Below are positions 48,731-61,702 of a stretch of DNA of 64,000 bases, in pieces. Source of the DNA: Heterodontus francisci (lineage: Eukaryota); assembly GCF_036365525.1 (NCBI RefSeq), contig NC_090416.1:16650945-16714944 (forward strand). The letters run 5' to 3'. The notes under the pieces were generated by a model. That model was not told the DNA's origin. It searched no databases and worked only from the letters and a program-made list of their open reading frames with translations. Positions within the stretch are counted from its first letter, which is position 1, and every line of letters starts with the position of its first letter. Position numbers and translations under genes: made by a program.

Positions 48731-51342
48731 TTACATTAAAGGCGCCATATAAATGCAGATTGGTGGTTGTTTGCAGATGACAATTCGTTGAAGACCTTAA
48801 TAACTAACCGACTGCAGGCCATGAAGTACATCAACTAAAACCACAATTAAAACTCAAGGCTTCTGATGTAAGTACAGTACTGAAGGAATACCGCACTGCC
48901 GGAGGGGCTATCTGTCACTTGGAATCTGCCCTCTGTTAAAGATACTGCAACCCCTATTTAGAAAAAGAGTTGGGGAGTTCTCCCCCATCCCCGTGTCTTG
49001 GCTGATATTTATTCTTCAATCAATATCACAAAAAAAATCACCTGGGTCATTATCTCATTGTTATGTGTGTGGGATCATGCTGTGCACAAATTGGCTGCTG
49101 TGTTTCCTACATTGCAACAGTTGACTAGACTTCAAAAAAAAAAACTTGGTTGGCTGTAAAGCGCTGTGGGACATTCTGAAGCTGTGAAAGGAGGCTCACT
49201 ATCACCTTCTCAGGGGGACAACTAGTGATGGACAATAAATGGCTGGTCTTACCAGAGATGCCCACATCTCGAGAATGAAGAAGTGCAGGTTCTGTCTCTC
49301 TGGACGCTGTGATGTCCCCTTGTAAAACATATTGAAACTAAATAGTTCTAAAAACATCTGCATAAATACAGCATCCTCAGACTCGAGATGAGGATTAAAC
49401 CTGCATTTAATACCTCTTTAAGTGCGTGGCCCCTTTAAGGTGTGCTGAGGGACTGGGCTTTTCCAGCACTCTCTGTTCATTTACTCTTTGAGGTGATGCA
49501 ACCGATACCCTCTCCACAGCCGGAGGCTCAGTTAACAGCCCTTCCCTCTTATGGCCCCTAGTTCTGCTCTCACCCACAAGTGGAAACGTCTAGCCTTATC
49601 GAGTCCTTTCATAACCTTAAAGGCCTCCATCAGGTCCTACCCTCCCCCCCTCTCAGTCTTCTCTTTTCAACCTATCCTGGTAGCCTATCTCAGTACTGGT
49701 ACCATCCCAGCACATCTTTTCTTGCACCTTCTCCAGTGTCATTTTATAATATGGAGACAGGAACAGTGCACAGTAATTCCAAGTGTGGTCTAACTGAGGT
49801 TCCCTGCAAGTTTGACTTAATGTATCTGCTTCTCAATTCTATCCCTCGAGAAATTATCCCCGGTGTTTGGATTGCTTTTTATATGGCCTTATTCAGCAGC
49901 ATTGCTGCAGTTACTCTATAACCCTCGATCCACAACCCAATTTAGACTCTTTCTTCCCCACCTCCCCCTCCCTCCAGGACTAGGTGACCTCATTCATCCT
50001 CCCAAAAAGTAGCACCTCACACTTATCCATACTGACCTTCATTTGCCAATTACACACCCATTCTGCATGTCACTTCATGTCCTGTCATTTGTGATGGACC
50101 TAATATTAACTGCAGCCTCCCCCAATTTGGAGTCATCAGCAAACTCTCAAATTGTACCTGGTGCTAGTCTGTCCCGTGCCATCCCATCTCTCGGACCAGG
50201 ATAGTGAGCAGTTCTCCCTGGGAGGGACGGTATTTTATTCCAAACAGATGCTTTTCCTGTAAATCACATACAATGATGGTCTAGTATGGGAGAAACTACA
50301 CTTTAGGATGGGAGGGTTGTTGAGAGTGTGCAGAGGAGGTTTACTGGAATGGTTCCAGGGATGGGGGAATTCTAGTTATAAGGTCAGCCTGGAGAAGCTG
50401 GGATTGTTTTCCTTGGAGCGAAGGAGATTGCAGGGAGATTTAATAGAGGTGGACAAGATGATGACAGATCTGGATAGAGTAGACAAGGAAAAACAGTTCC
50501 CATTAACTGATGGTACAAGGGCTAGGGGACACAGATTGAAAGTTTTGGGCAAGAGATACAGGGGGGGGGGGGGCGGGGGGGATGTGAGGAAGAATTTATT
50601 TATTTTTAAATGCAGTGAGTGACAATGACCTGGAACTCACTGCCTACCAGAGTGGTGGAAGCGGGAGACAATGATTTCAGTAAGAAACTGGGGTGGGGGG
50701 GAGGGGGGACACTTAAATTCGCAGGGGGCCCCGGGGGGATTGGGACATACTGGATTGCACCACGGGGAGCTGTCATGGATCCGAGGGGCCGAATAGCCTC
50801 CTTCTGTGCCAGAAATGAAATCGAATTCGTTTAAAATAGTTAACTCTGCTTGAATATTTTTTTATTAAATCTGCCCAAACGAAAAATCCTCAAATCGCCA
50901 ATATTCGTACAGTTAACCACTGACTTGCACCAATATCCACCTCAACTCACCCCCACGCCCCCCCCCCCCCACCAAAAAATAACAGAGCAATTTGAATTCA
51001 TGTCATCTTTATTAAAACAGCCACACACACAGAGATACACTTTTCAATTCTAACAAATGGTACTGCTGAGAGAAAGGAGAGAGGGAGCAGAACCCATCCA
51101 GCTCCAAATGGGAATGTACTCCCGGGATAGGTGGTCCTGATATTCACTGTCACCCTCCTGCGCCCCCCAGTTAAAATTGGATCCAAAATTGGATCGTTAA
51201 ACTGCGATTGAAGTGACTGTTTCAACATCGTTGGCCACATTTGCTACAGTGATTACATTGTAAAACAACAACAACAACATTCCACATATTGAATAATATT
51301 TCATCAGCAATAAATCAAACTCTAAACCCCAGTTGCCCCCTC

Positions 51343-51671
51343 TCAGTCGGAACAAGCGGTGGAGCTGATGGTTTTGAGGAGAGGTGAGCTCAGAGAGCCG
51401 TGGTCCACACTGCAGGTATAGCTGGAGCCCTTATTCCAGGCAGTGGCGGGGACTCTCAGGTAACTGCTCAGGCTGTAGGTTTGATCACTGTCCGTGGACA
51501 CGGTGCCTGTGGTCACCCCGCTGTCTGTCTCTTTATCATCCACTCTCCAGAGAACCCGCACGAAACCCGGCTTAAAGCGGCTCACCAGGCAGGACAGAGT
51601 AGCCCATCCGGAGTCTATTTCTTCCGAGGAAGGAGGGAGCAGGAGAACTGATGGTTTCCGATCCTCACTAC
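51343..51671 (-). CDS. IgL constant exon, cluster 4
   Basis: Intact C1-set ORF. Confidence 0.97.
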
Positions 51672-52998
51672 CTGTGTGTGAGAGACAGGGTGGAAGAAAG
51701 GAATCTCACTGTTAGTATCAATCATTTTTTCTAAAAGGCACATCCAGAATTAGTAACACATACTATAATTTAAAACAAACATTTAACTTGACTTCAGACT
51801 TAGGTAGAGACAGTAAATAATATAATAGCCTGAGTGTTTCCAGCACTCGATTTCAGATTTCCAGCATCTGCAGGATTTTGCTTTGATTGGATTAAAATTA
51901 AATATTTAGTCCAATCTTAACTCCCTGTCAATTGAGAGCTGGACTTGTACATGGATTCGAGACATTCAGATAAATTAATTAACTGAATATTAAATACAAC
52001 AGACAATATCGAATTGTTTAAAATTCAGGGGCAGATTAAAATCAAAAGTTAAAAAATTGAGGAAGTTTCACATTTCGGATAGGCTGTACTGGAGGTCTTA
52101 TGGAGGTGCTCGGAGTATGTATTGGGAGTAACTCAACCTCCCAGATCCACACTCAGAGTTCGGTGATCACCTCACCAGGAAAAATTCTTTCTTTAAAAAA
52201 AAAAGTTTTAAAAGTAATAAAGTTCTGGGCGGTTTCCATTTAGAAAGTAGGTTAGACACTTCACATGAACGAACGACAGCCGGAAGGAGGGGTTTGGGAA
52301 GGGAGACGGGATCTGGGGGGTAGAGGGACCGGGTGCGTTAGGAACAGACAAGATGGGGGGGCGCAGAATGAGGCCATTCGGTCCATCGAGTCCGTGCCGC
52401 AGCCTAACCCACTTCCCAACTTTGGGAGTCTTTTTTTGAGGTGGGGGAGAGGGGTGCTGGTGTCAAACTCGACCCCCTTTCAGTGTGAGTAAAATTCCTG
52501 TTTGTTAATCTTCCAGCAACACCCGGGGCAGGCTCGCTATTTATACAACAGTGCAGCGAATAGACGGAGAAGTCCACACCTGCACACTGCAGACCTGGCC
52601 GAACAGACTCCAGGGGCTGAATGGCCTTTCTCCCCTGTTCATTCTGCATTTTTTTTTGCCAATGGAGTTTTTCCTCGGTTCTGAGGAAAGGTCAGAGACC
52701 CGAAACTGTTCACCGTTTCTCCCTCTCTCTCCGCAGAGGCTGCCCAGACCTGCTGAGTATTTCCAGCATCTTCTGTTTTTTTATTTCAGATTTCCAGCAT
52801 CCGCAATTGTTTTGCTGCTATTTTAGTGTTTATTTTTCTACCCTCCAGAATCCAAATTCCCAGCACTGAATCAGTGGACAGAAAAATAAAAATCTGACCC
52901 AATTTTTTTTCACCGTTATCAGGGCAGATCCGATTCTGCAACAATAAATGAATAAATAATTGAAACAATATGAATGATAGGATGAGGGAATTACTTAC

Positions 52999-53035
52999 TC
53001 CGTAAACTCAGGGCGGTCCCAGGTCCGAAGGTAAA
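52999..53035 (-). CDS. IgL J segment, cluster 4
   Basis: FTFGPGTALSLR with donor intact. Confidence 0.96.
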
Positions 53036-53074
53036 CACAGTGCAGCGTTTTAATGGGACGGGTCACCTAAAACC
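53036..53074 (-). other. J 23-RSS, cluster 4
   Basis: CACAGTG, 23 nt, CCTAAAACC. Confidence 0.92.
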
Positions 53075-53389
53075 CAGGCTGGGAAGAAAGAGGGGAAAAT
53101 ATTAATAATCTGTCCTTTATTACATTCCCTTTCACATTCTGCCTTTCACAGGGGCCGGAATGCTGAGAGTCTGGAGAAAGATTTTCACATATCAGTGAGG
53201 AAACCCTGAGAATATCAGTGTTTACCTACCCAGCTAATAGTCCAAATATTGGGGAAAATCCAAATAAACCCATGGAATTCCAGTGAGATTTTCCACAAGT
53301 TACATAAGGAATATTTCTGAAGCTCATTCCACAGTCTCAGGCAGGAATATTTCAGTAGCTGTTGGAATTCTGAGTGCTTCTGTTGGTGC

Positions 53390-53417
53390 CGTTTTTGTAT
53401 TGCCCTGTCTCACTGTG
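53390..53417 (-). other. V 12-RSS, cluster 4
   Basis: CACAGTG, 12 nt, ACAAAAACG. Confidence 0.95.
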
Positions 53418-53745
53418 TATGTAGCTGCTGAGCCATCCCAGGCAGCACAGGAATAGACGGCGGAGTCTCCCGGTTCCAAGCTGCCGATGGTCAGAATGTG
53501 ACTGTTACTGGAGGTGTCTCTGGAAGGTTTAAAACGGTCCGTGAAGCCGGTGCCTCGATAGATGTCATCATCTGTTTCGTGCAATAGCACCCACACCGGA
53601 GCCTCCCCGGGTCTCTGTCGGTACCAGCTCATGTGGTAACTGCCCACGTTGCCGTTCTGCATCGCACACTTTAACTCGGAGGTCTCACCGGCGGAGACTG
53701 GGTCTGAAATTGGGGTCTGATTGAGGACAGGAACCGCCAGGACAC
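53418..53745 (-). CDS. IgL V exon, cluster 4
   Basis: Open V-set ORF. CDR1 SYH, CDR2 region LHETDDDIYRG, 3' end YSCAAWDGSAAT. Confidence 0.96.
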
Positions 53746-53907
53746 CTTCAACACAAAACACAAGAGAGAGAAAAACACATTCAGTTTATTGGAGCAAAAA
53801 AACACACTGATAAATAAACAGGCCGGGCTACCAAATCCCTTTGCTTCCTAATCTAATGGTTTACAAATGTATAATTGAGTAACGTTCTGTTAACATAAGT
53901 CTCTCAC

Positions 53908-53956
53908 CTGTTAAATGGAGTAGCAGGGTCCCCAGGAGATACATTACTGCAGCCAT
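53908..53956 (-). CDS. IgL leader exon, cluster 4
   Basis: Same leader and donor. Confidence 0.93.
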
Positions 53957-54061
53957 TCCCTCCGGGGGGGAAAAAAACCCGTGAAGAATTAGAGAGCAGG
54001 GTTTTACTGTAATTCCAGAAAGTGGATCCAGTTACAGTGCCGGACAAGGTGAGACCAGTAT

Positions 54062-54086
54062 CTATTATATGAACCTGTATGCAAAT
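54062..54086 (-). promoter_or_regulatory. IgL promoter octamer (54079-54086) and TATA-like box, cluster 4
   Basis: ATTTGCAT on the sense strand. Confidence 0.9.
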
Positions 54087-56075
54087 ACAGGGAGGGTTGA
54101 GAGGAGCAGGGGCGGCGGGGGGGTGGGGGGGGGGGTGGGGTGGTGGACCAGACCAGATTTTTTTTATTGAGCCTCTATTGTTCCCCAATTAAACATTTCC
54201 ATGTATTTATTTCCACCGAGTTGAGGGTTAATTCACAATAATTTCTGATTTCAACCCCCACCCCCTTCTCATGTCAAGAGTGTGACATTTAAAAGAACAA
54301 CTGTAGAAATTGCACATTTTATCCCAGATGGGCAAAGACAAAAGCCCTTCAGAATCCAGTGCCTTAAATTCATCCAGAACAAGTTTAACCCAGCGATCGT
54401 TAAGGATTTGTTTTTTTTTAATATTTGGGTCTGCAATGTGTACTTAAACACATATCTTTATATCCAACACGCTGGTGTTTGCAACAAAGCAGTTCATTGG
54501 GAGGATTGGAATGGAAGAGATTGACTGGACTGCTTCTCTGAGCTGCTCTTTTTTCCGATCCGCCACTGTCCAAGTGCACTGCTTGTCCTGGCGTTTGAGC
54601 CGAGTGCAGGGTCAAAACACTCGTTTCTCACTCAGGCCGACGTTCAGAAACAGCCAGAATCAACTCCAATATCCGTTTTAATTGGTAATGCAACGAGGAG
54701 TGAGATTCTGACCGGGCAAGCTGACTGCTCGGATAGTTTCTGTGTTGTGTCCGGATCCTGTGTTAAGTCCAGTTTCAATGAAATGTGTTTTCCTGCTGCA
54801 ACAGTTCCTGCCCTGACTTTTTTTTGTTGCAACTAAACCACATGTATCGGAACCTCAGTCCCAGGAATACATTTGTTTTAACATTCCATTTCAGATGTTT
54901 TATGTCAATCACTCGATGCCAAGGGAAAACGTTCAACAAGTAGCTCGTGAGAGGAGTTAGTTTCTTTAAAATGAATATTTTCTATTTTTATTTTAAGTTC
55001 ACTTCATGGGATATGGACATCACTTGGCCCTGCCCGCATTTATTGTCCATCCCTCATTGCCGTTGAGAAGGTGGTGGTGGAGCCGCCTTCTTGAACTGCT
55101 CCAGTGCAGTGGTTTTTGTACAACAGAACGTCCATTTCTGAGGGCAGTTAAGAGTCAACCACGTCCCGTGGGTCTGGAGTCACATGTAGGCCAGACCAGG
55201 TGAGGACGGCAGATTTCCTTCCCTAAAAGGACATTTGTGAAACAGATGGGTTTTTTGTTAATGAACATTTAATGGTAGTTTTATGGTCACCATTACTGAG
55301 ACTAGGTTTCAATTCCAATTTTTTATTGTTAATTAGTTGAATTTAAATTCCATGGTGGGATTTGAACTCGTGTCTCCAGAGCGTTATCCTGGGCCACTGG
55401 ATTTGTAATATCTAGTGACATTACTACTACGCCACCTTGTGATGGATCAATATTAATTCTAGAAATGTGATAGGATTTGAGCCAGTGAAAGGGAGAGGGT
55501 GGGAAGAAGAACAGCAGGGAAGGTCTGTGACACGGGTGGAGGGCAGGAGAGATTAAATGACAAAAAGTGTTTCAAGGTGCAAAGCCAAAGGGAGTGGTAA
55601 TGAAAGATGTGTCTGGACGAGGTGTGAATGGCAGGTACTGAACACAAGGTAAAGGAAATCAGAGGGAAACAAGAGAGATAAAATAACAAATCAGCAAAAA
55701 AAAAGGGAAATAAAAATGATGGTAGGGGGGTTACAAACTAAAATTGTAGAATTCAGTGTTGAGTCCGGAAGGCTGTAGAGTGCCCAGTCGAAAGATGAGG
55801 TGCTGTTCCTGGAGTTAGTCTCCTATTACTGACATGTTCAGTCAAGTCAGTGTCGACTAGCTGCCCCCTAGACAGAGAATTTGACCCCTCCCCCATTAAA
55901 AATCCGTTTCTGATTGGTCTCCACAGCAGAAACAGACCCACCTCCCTCCCCTCCCACCAGGCAGATTCTCTGGGTCATTTTCAACTAACCCTAACCTGCA
56001 TTACTATAGAGACCTCAGGGTGTCCTAAAGACAGACAAATAAACACCTGTTTTGAAGTCTGGTCATTGTAACATC

Positions 56076-56239
56076 GTAACCCAATGCACAATGGAAATAA
56101 ATATTTGGAAATGATTAATCAGGGACAAATATATTTTTAATAAAGTGTTTTCCCCTGCTCCCCTTGACCCCCTCCCTGTATTTGCATATTGACTAATATA
56201 TAGATACTAGTCTTCTCCGGGTTCCCGGAGTCACAGTAA
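56076..56239 (+). promoter_or_regulatory. Inverted IgL promoter paralog, unit 4 (octamer 56180-56187)
   Basis: Same blocks as unit 1. Confidence 0.72.
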
Positions 56240-56692
56240 TCTTGTTGAAGTGAAAGCACAATTGCTAAATGTGTGAGAAGCTGAACTCAGCTTTGCTCGT
56301 GTAGTTGAATAGAGGGTGCACATATGTAGTTAAATGGAGTCATCCACGTATGTAGTTAAATGGAGTGTGCCAGTGTGCAATAAAATGGGGTTGTGCACAT
56401 GTCTAATGGAAAGCAGTTCAGCACCTCTAGGTTCATGGAATCTCTCACTTTGCACAGCAGGTGTCACATGGCTGCAGCTTTGTCCAGGGAGCCTACCCGG
56501 TTCACACAGGATAGGCCAGGTGTTAAAGCAAGAGCATTTGGTGCTGCCTATTGAAGCTTGCACAGCGGTTAAAGGAAAATACAATTAAAGCTCACAAGAT
56601 GGGAATCTTGTAAAGTGTCAGCCATGGCCTCGTGGGTTCAAGTCCCAATCCAGAGACTTGAGCACAAAAAACAGTCTCACATTCCCCGTGTA

Positions 56693-56914
56693 GTACTGAG
56701 GGAGCGCTGCACTGTCGTAGGGTCAGTACTGAGGGAGTGCGGCACTGTCGGAGGGTCAGTACTGAGGGAGTGCTGCACTGTCGGAGGGTCAGTACTGAGG
56801 GAAAGCTGTATTGTCGGAGGGTCAGTACTGAGGGAGTGCTGCACTGTCAGAGGGTCAGTACTGAGAGAGTGCTGCCCTGTCAGAGGGTCAGTACTGAGGG
56901 AGTGCTGCACTGTC
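56693..56914 (+). repeat. 33-bp minisatellite, about 7 copies
   Basis: Same unit. Confidence 0.93.
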
Positions 56915-57357
56915 TGAGGTGCCATATTCACAAGTCCCCCTCAGGTGGACATTATCGATCCCATGACTCTATTTGAAGGAGAGCAGGTGCCCTGGACAAT
57001 ATATATTCCAACATTAACACCTAAAGCTGTAACTGGTCATTATCACATTGCTATTTGTGGGAGCTTGCTGTGTAAATGACTGTCAGATTTCCTGCATTTC
57101 AACAGTGACTACACTTCAAAACACACTTCAAAAGTACGACATTAGATGTAAACCACTTTGGGGCAGCCTAGGGATCAGACCTCTCTGTCTCTCCATCTGT
57201 CTATCTNNNNNNNNNNNNNNNNNNNNNNNNNNNNNNNNNNNNNNNNNNNNNNNNNNNNNNNNNNNNNNNNNNNNNNNNNNNNNNNNNNNNNNNNNNNNNN
57301 NNNNNNNNNNNNNNNNNNNNNNNNNNNNNNNNNNNNNNNNNNNNNNNNNNNNNNNNN

Positions 57358-60300
57358 GAGTTCCAGACCGGTAAGTATAAAAAACTTACTTCGGGGATTC
57401 TCGCACCAGGCTGGGAGGGCGGAGTTAACCTCGGGAATTTTCGGAGCAAACTCGGAGATTCTCGGTCAGACTCGGAGGGCGGAGTTAACCTCGGTGATTC
57501 TCGGACAGAGTCGGAGGGCGTGGTTAACCTCGGTGATTCTCGGACAGACTCGGAGGGCGGAGTTTGTGTCGATGGGCCGAAGGGCCTGTTTCTATGCTGT
57601 ATCTCTAAATAAAAATAAAAATAAAAAAATAAAATAATATTTATAGTCGAAATCCAGCACTAGGGACCATATAGTTAATTATAACAGTTTAGTAAGTATT
57701 TAATAAGTATTTATTTTATATTAATTAACTAATTAGTGATAGAAATGTCAGTTAAAGGGGTGAAGTGCTTCACCTGTGAGATGTGGGAAGTCCGTGACAC
57801 TTCCAGCATTCCGGGCGACTCCGCCTGCAGGAAGTTTACCCAGTTGCAGCTCCTCACAGACCACATGGATCGGTTGGAGCGGCAACTGGATGCAATTAGG
57901 AGCATGCAGGTGGCAGAAAGCGTCATAGACAGGAGTTTTGGTGAAATGGTTACACCCAAGGTGCAGGCAGATCGATGGGTGACCGCTAGAAGGGGCAGGC
58001 AGTCAGTGCAGGAATCCCCTGTGGCTATCCCCCTCTCGAACAAGTATACAGTTTTGGATACTGTGGGGGGGGGGGGGATGGCCTATCAGGGGAAAACAGC
58101 AGCAGCAGCCAGAGCAGTGGCACCACGGCTGGCACTGTTGTTCAGCAGGGAGGGACAAAGCGCAAAGAACAATAGTTATGGTGGACTCTATAGTCAGGGG
58201 TACAGATAGGCGCATCTGTGGACGTGAAAGAGACTCCAGGATGGTATGTTGCCTCCCTGGTGCCAGGGACAAGGATGTCTCTGAATGGACAGGGGGCATT
58301 CTGAAGGGCGAGGATGCACAGCCAGAGGTTGTGGTACACATCGGTACCCATGACAGAGGCAGGAAGAGTGATGAGGTCCTGCAGGGGGAGTTTAGGGAGT
58401 TTGGTAGTAAGTTAAAAAAAACAGGACCTCTAGGGTTGTAATCTGTAGATTAGTCCCTGTGCCACGTGCCAGAGAGGCTAGAAATAGGAAGATACTTCAG
58501 CTAAACACGTGGCTGAGCAGCTGGTGTAGAAGGGAGAGTTTCAGATATCTGGACCATTGGGCTCTCTTCAGGGACAGATGGGACCTGTACAAGAAGGACG
58601 GGTTGCATCTAAACTGGAGGGGCACTAATATCCTGGCTGCAAAGTTTGCTAGCGTCACTCGGGAGGGTTTAAACTAGTGTGGCAGGGGGGTGGGAACCAG
58701 ATTAGTGGGACAGCTAGAAAAATAAATGAGGAGGACATAGTAAATAAGGCCAGGAAGACTAAGAGGAAGAGCAGGCAGGAAGATGTTGCTGAGCACAGGG
58801 GGACTGGTGGTCTGAAGTGCATTTCTTTCAATGCGAGAAGTATAGCAGTTAAGGCAGATGAACTTAGAGCTTGGATTAGTACTTGGAAATATGATGTTGT
58901 TGCTATTACAGAGACTTGGTTGAGGGAAGGGCAGGATTGGCAGCTAAATGTTCCAGGCTTTAGAAGCTTCAGGCGGGATAGAGGGGGATGTAAAAGGGAT
59001 GGGGGAGTTGCATTACTGGTTAAGGAGAATATCGCAGCTGTACTGCGGGAGGACACCTCAGAGAGGTCATGCAGCGAGGCAATATGGGTGGAGCTCAGGA
59101 ATAGGAAGGGTGCAGTCACGATGTTGGGGGTTTACTACAGGCCTCCCAACAGCCAGCGGGAGGTAGAGGACAAGATATGTAGACAGATTTTGGAAAGATG
59201 TAAAGGTAACAGGTTTGTGGTGGTGGGTGATTTTAACTTCCCCTATATTGACTGGGACTCACTTAGTGCTAGGGGCTTGGATGGGGCATAATTTGTGAGG
59301 AGCTTCCAGGAGGGCTTCTTGAAACAGTATGTAGATAGTCCAACTAGGGATAGGGCCATTCTGGACCTGGTATTGGAGAATCAGCCCGGCCAGGTGGTCG
59401 AAGTTTCAGTGGGGGAACATTTAGGGAACAGTGACCATTATTCCATAAGTTTTAATATACTTGTGGATAAGGATAAGAGTAGTCCTCGGGTGAAGGTGCG
59501 AAATTGGGGGAAGGCTAATTATAACAATATTAGGCAGGAATTGAAGAATTTAGATTGGGGGGCGGCTGTTTGAGGGTAAATCAACATCTGACATGTGGGA
59601 GTCTTTCAAACGTCAGCTGATTAAAATCCAGGACCAGCATGTTCCTGTGAGCAAGTAAGACAAGTTTGGCATGTTTCGGGAAATTTGGATAACACTGGAT
59701 ATTGTGAGCCTAGTCAAAAAGAAAAAGGAAGCATTTGTGAGGGCTGGAAGGCTAGGAACAGACGAAGCACTTGAGGAACATAAAGACAGTGGGAAGGAAC
59801 TTAAGCAAGGAGATAGGAGGGCTAAAAGGAGTCATAAAAGGTCATTGGCAAACAGGATTAAGGAGAATCCCAAGGCTTTTTATACATATATAAAGAGCAA
59901 GAGGGTAACCAGGGAAAGGGTTGGCCCACTCAAGGATAGAGATGGGAATCTATGTGTGGAGCCAGAGGAAATGGGCGAGGTGCTAAATGAGTACTTTGCA
60001 TCAGTATTCACCAAAGAGAAGGACTTGGTGGATGATGAGCCTAGGGAAGGGAGTGCAGATAGTCTCAGTCATCTCATTATTAAAAAGGAGGAGGTGTTGG
60101 GTGTTTTGCAAAGCATTAAGGTAGATAAGTCCCCAGGGCCTGATGGGATCTACCCTAGAATACTGAGGGAGGCAAGGGAAGAAATTGATGGGTTCTTGTC
60201 AGAAATCTTTGCATCATTTTTGGCTACAGGTGAGGCCCCAGAGGACTGGAGAATAGCCAATGCTGTTCCTTTGTTTAAGAAGGGTGGCAAGGATAATCCA

Positions 60301-61702
60301 GGAAATTATAGGCCGGTGAGCCTTCCGTCAGTGGTAGGGAAACTATTAAAGAGGATTATACGGGACAGGATTTACTCCCATTTGGAAACAAACGAACTTA
60401 TTAGTGAGAGACAGCATGGCTTTGTAAAGTGGAGGTTGTGTCTTACTAATTTGATTGAGTTTTTTGAGGAAGTGACGAAGATGATTGATGAAGGAAGGGC
60501 AGTGGATGTTATCTATATGGATTTTATTAAAGCCTTTGAGAAGGTCCCGCATGGCAGACTGGTACAAAAGGTAATGTCACATGGGATCAGATGTGAGCTG
60601 GCAAGATGGATACAGAACTGGCTCGGTCATAGAAGACAGAGGGTATCAGTGGATGGGTGTTTTTCTGAATGGAGGGATGTGACTAGTGGTGTTCCGCAGG
60701 GATCAGTGCTGGGACCTTTGCTGTTTGTAGTATATATAAATGATTTGGAGGAAAATGTAGCTGGTCTGATTAGTAAGTTTGCGGACGACACAAAGGTTGG
60801 TGGAGTTGCGGATAATGATGAGGATTGTCAGAGGATACAGCTGGATATAGATCGGTTGGAGACTTGGGCGGAGAAATGGCAGATGGAGTTTAATCTGGAC
60901 AAATGTGAGGTAATGCATTTTGAAAGGACTAATGCAGGTGGGAGGTATACAGTAAATGGCAGAACCCTTGGGAGTATTGACAGACAGAGAGATCTGGGCG
61001 TACAGGTCCACAGGTCACTGAAAGTGGCAACGCAGGTGGATAAGGTAGTCAAGAAGGCATACGGCATGCTTTCCATCATTGGTCGGGGCATAGAGTATAA
61101 AAATTGGCAAGTCATGTTGCAGCTGTACAGAACCTTAGTCAGGCCACACTTAGAATATTGCGTGCAATTCTGGTCGCCACACTACCAGAAGGACGTGGAG
61201 GCTTTGGAGAGGGTACAAAGGAGGTTTACGGATGCTGCCTGGTCTGGAGGGCATTAACTATGAGGAGAGGTTGGAAAAAGTCGGATTGTTTTCACTGGGA
61301 CGACGGAGGTGGAGGGGCGACATGATAGAGGTTTACAAAGTGATGAGTGGCATGGCCAGAGTGGATAGTCAGAAGCTTTTTCCCAGGGTGGAAGAGTCAG
61401 ATACTAGGGGACACAGGTTTAAGGTGCAAGGGGCAAAGTTTAGAGGGGATGTGCGAGGCAAGTTTTATACACAGAGGGTGGTGAGTGCCTGGAACGTGCT
61501 GCCAGGGGAGGTGGTGGAAGCAGATACGATAGCGACGTTTAAGTGACATCTTGACAAATACATGAATAGGAAGGGAATAGAGGGATATGGCCCCGGAAGT
61601 GCAGAAGGTGTTAGATTAGGCAGGTATCAAGATCGGTGCAGGCTTGGAGGGCCGAATGGCCTGTTCCTGTGTGGTACTGTTCTTTGTTCTTGTTCTTTGT
61701 TC
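57358..61702 (+). mobile_element. CR1 LINE, unit 4 (disabled)
   Basis: ORFs 57736-61546. Shares the TAA stop at 59289-59291 with unit 1. Confidence 0.95.
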
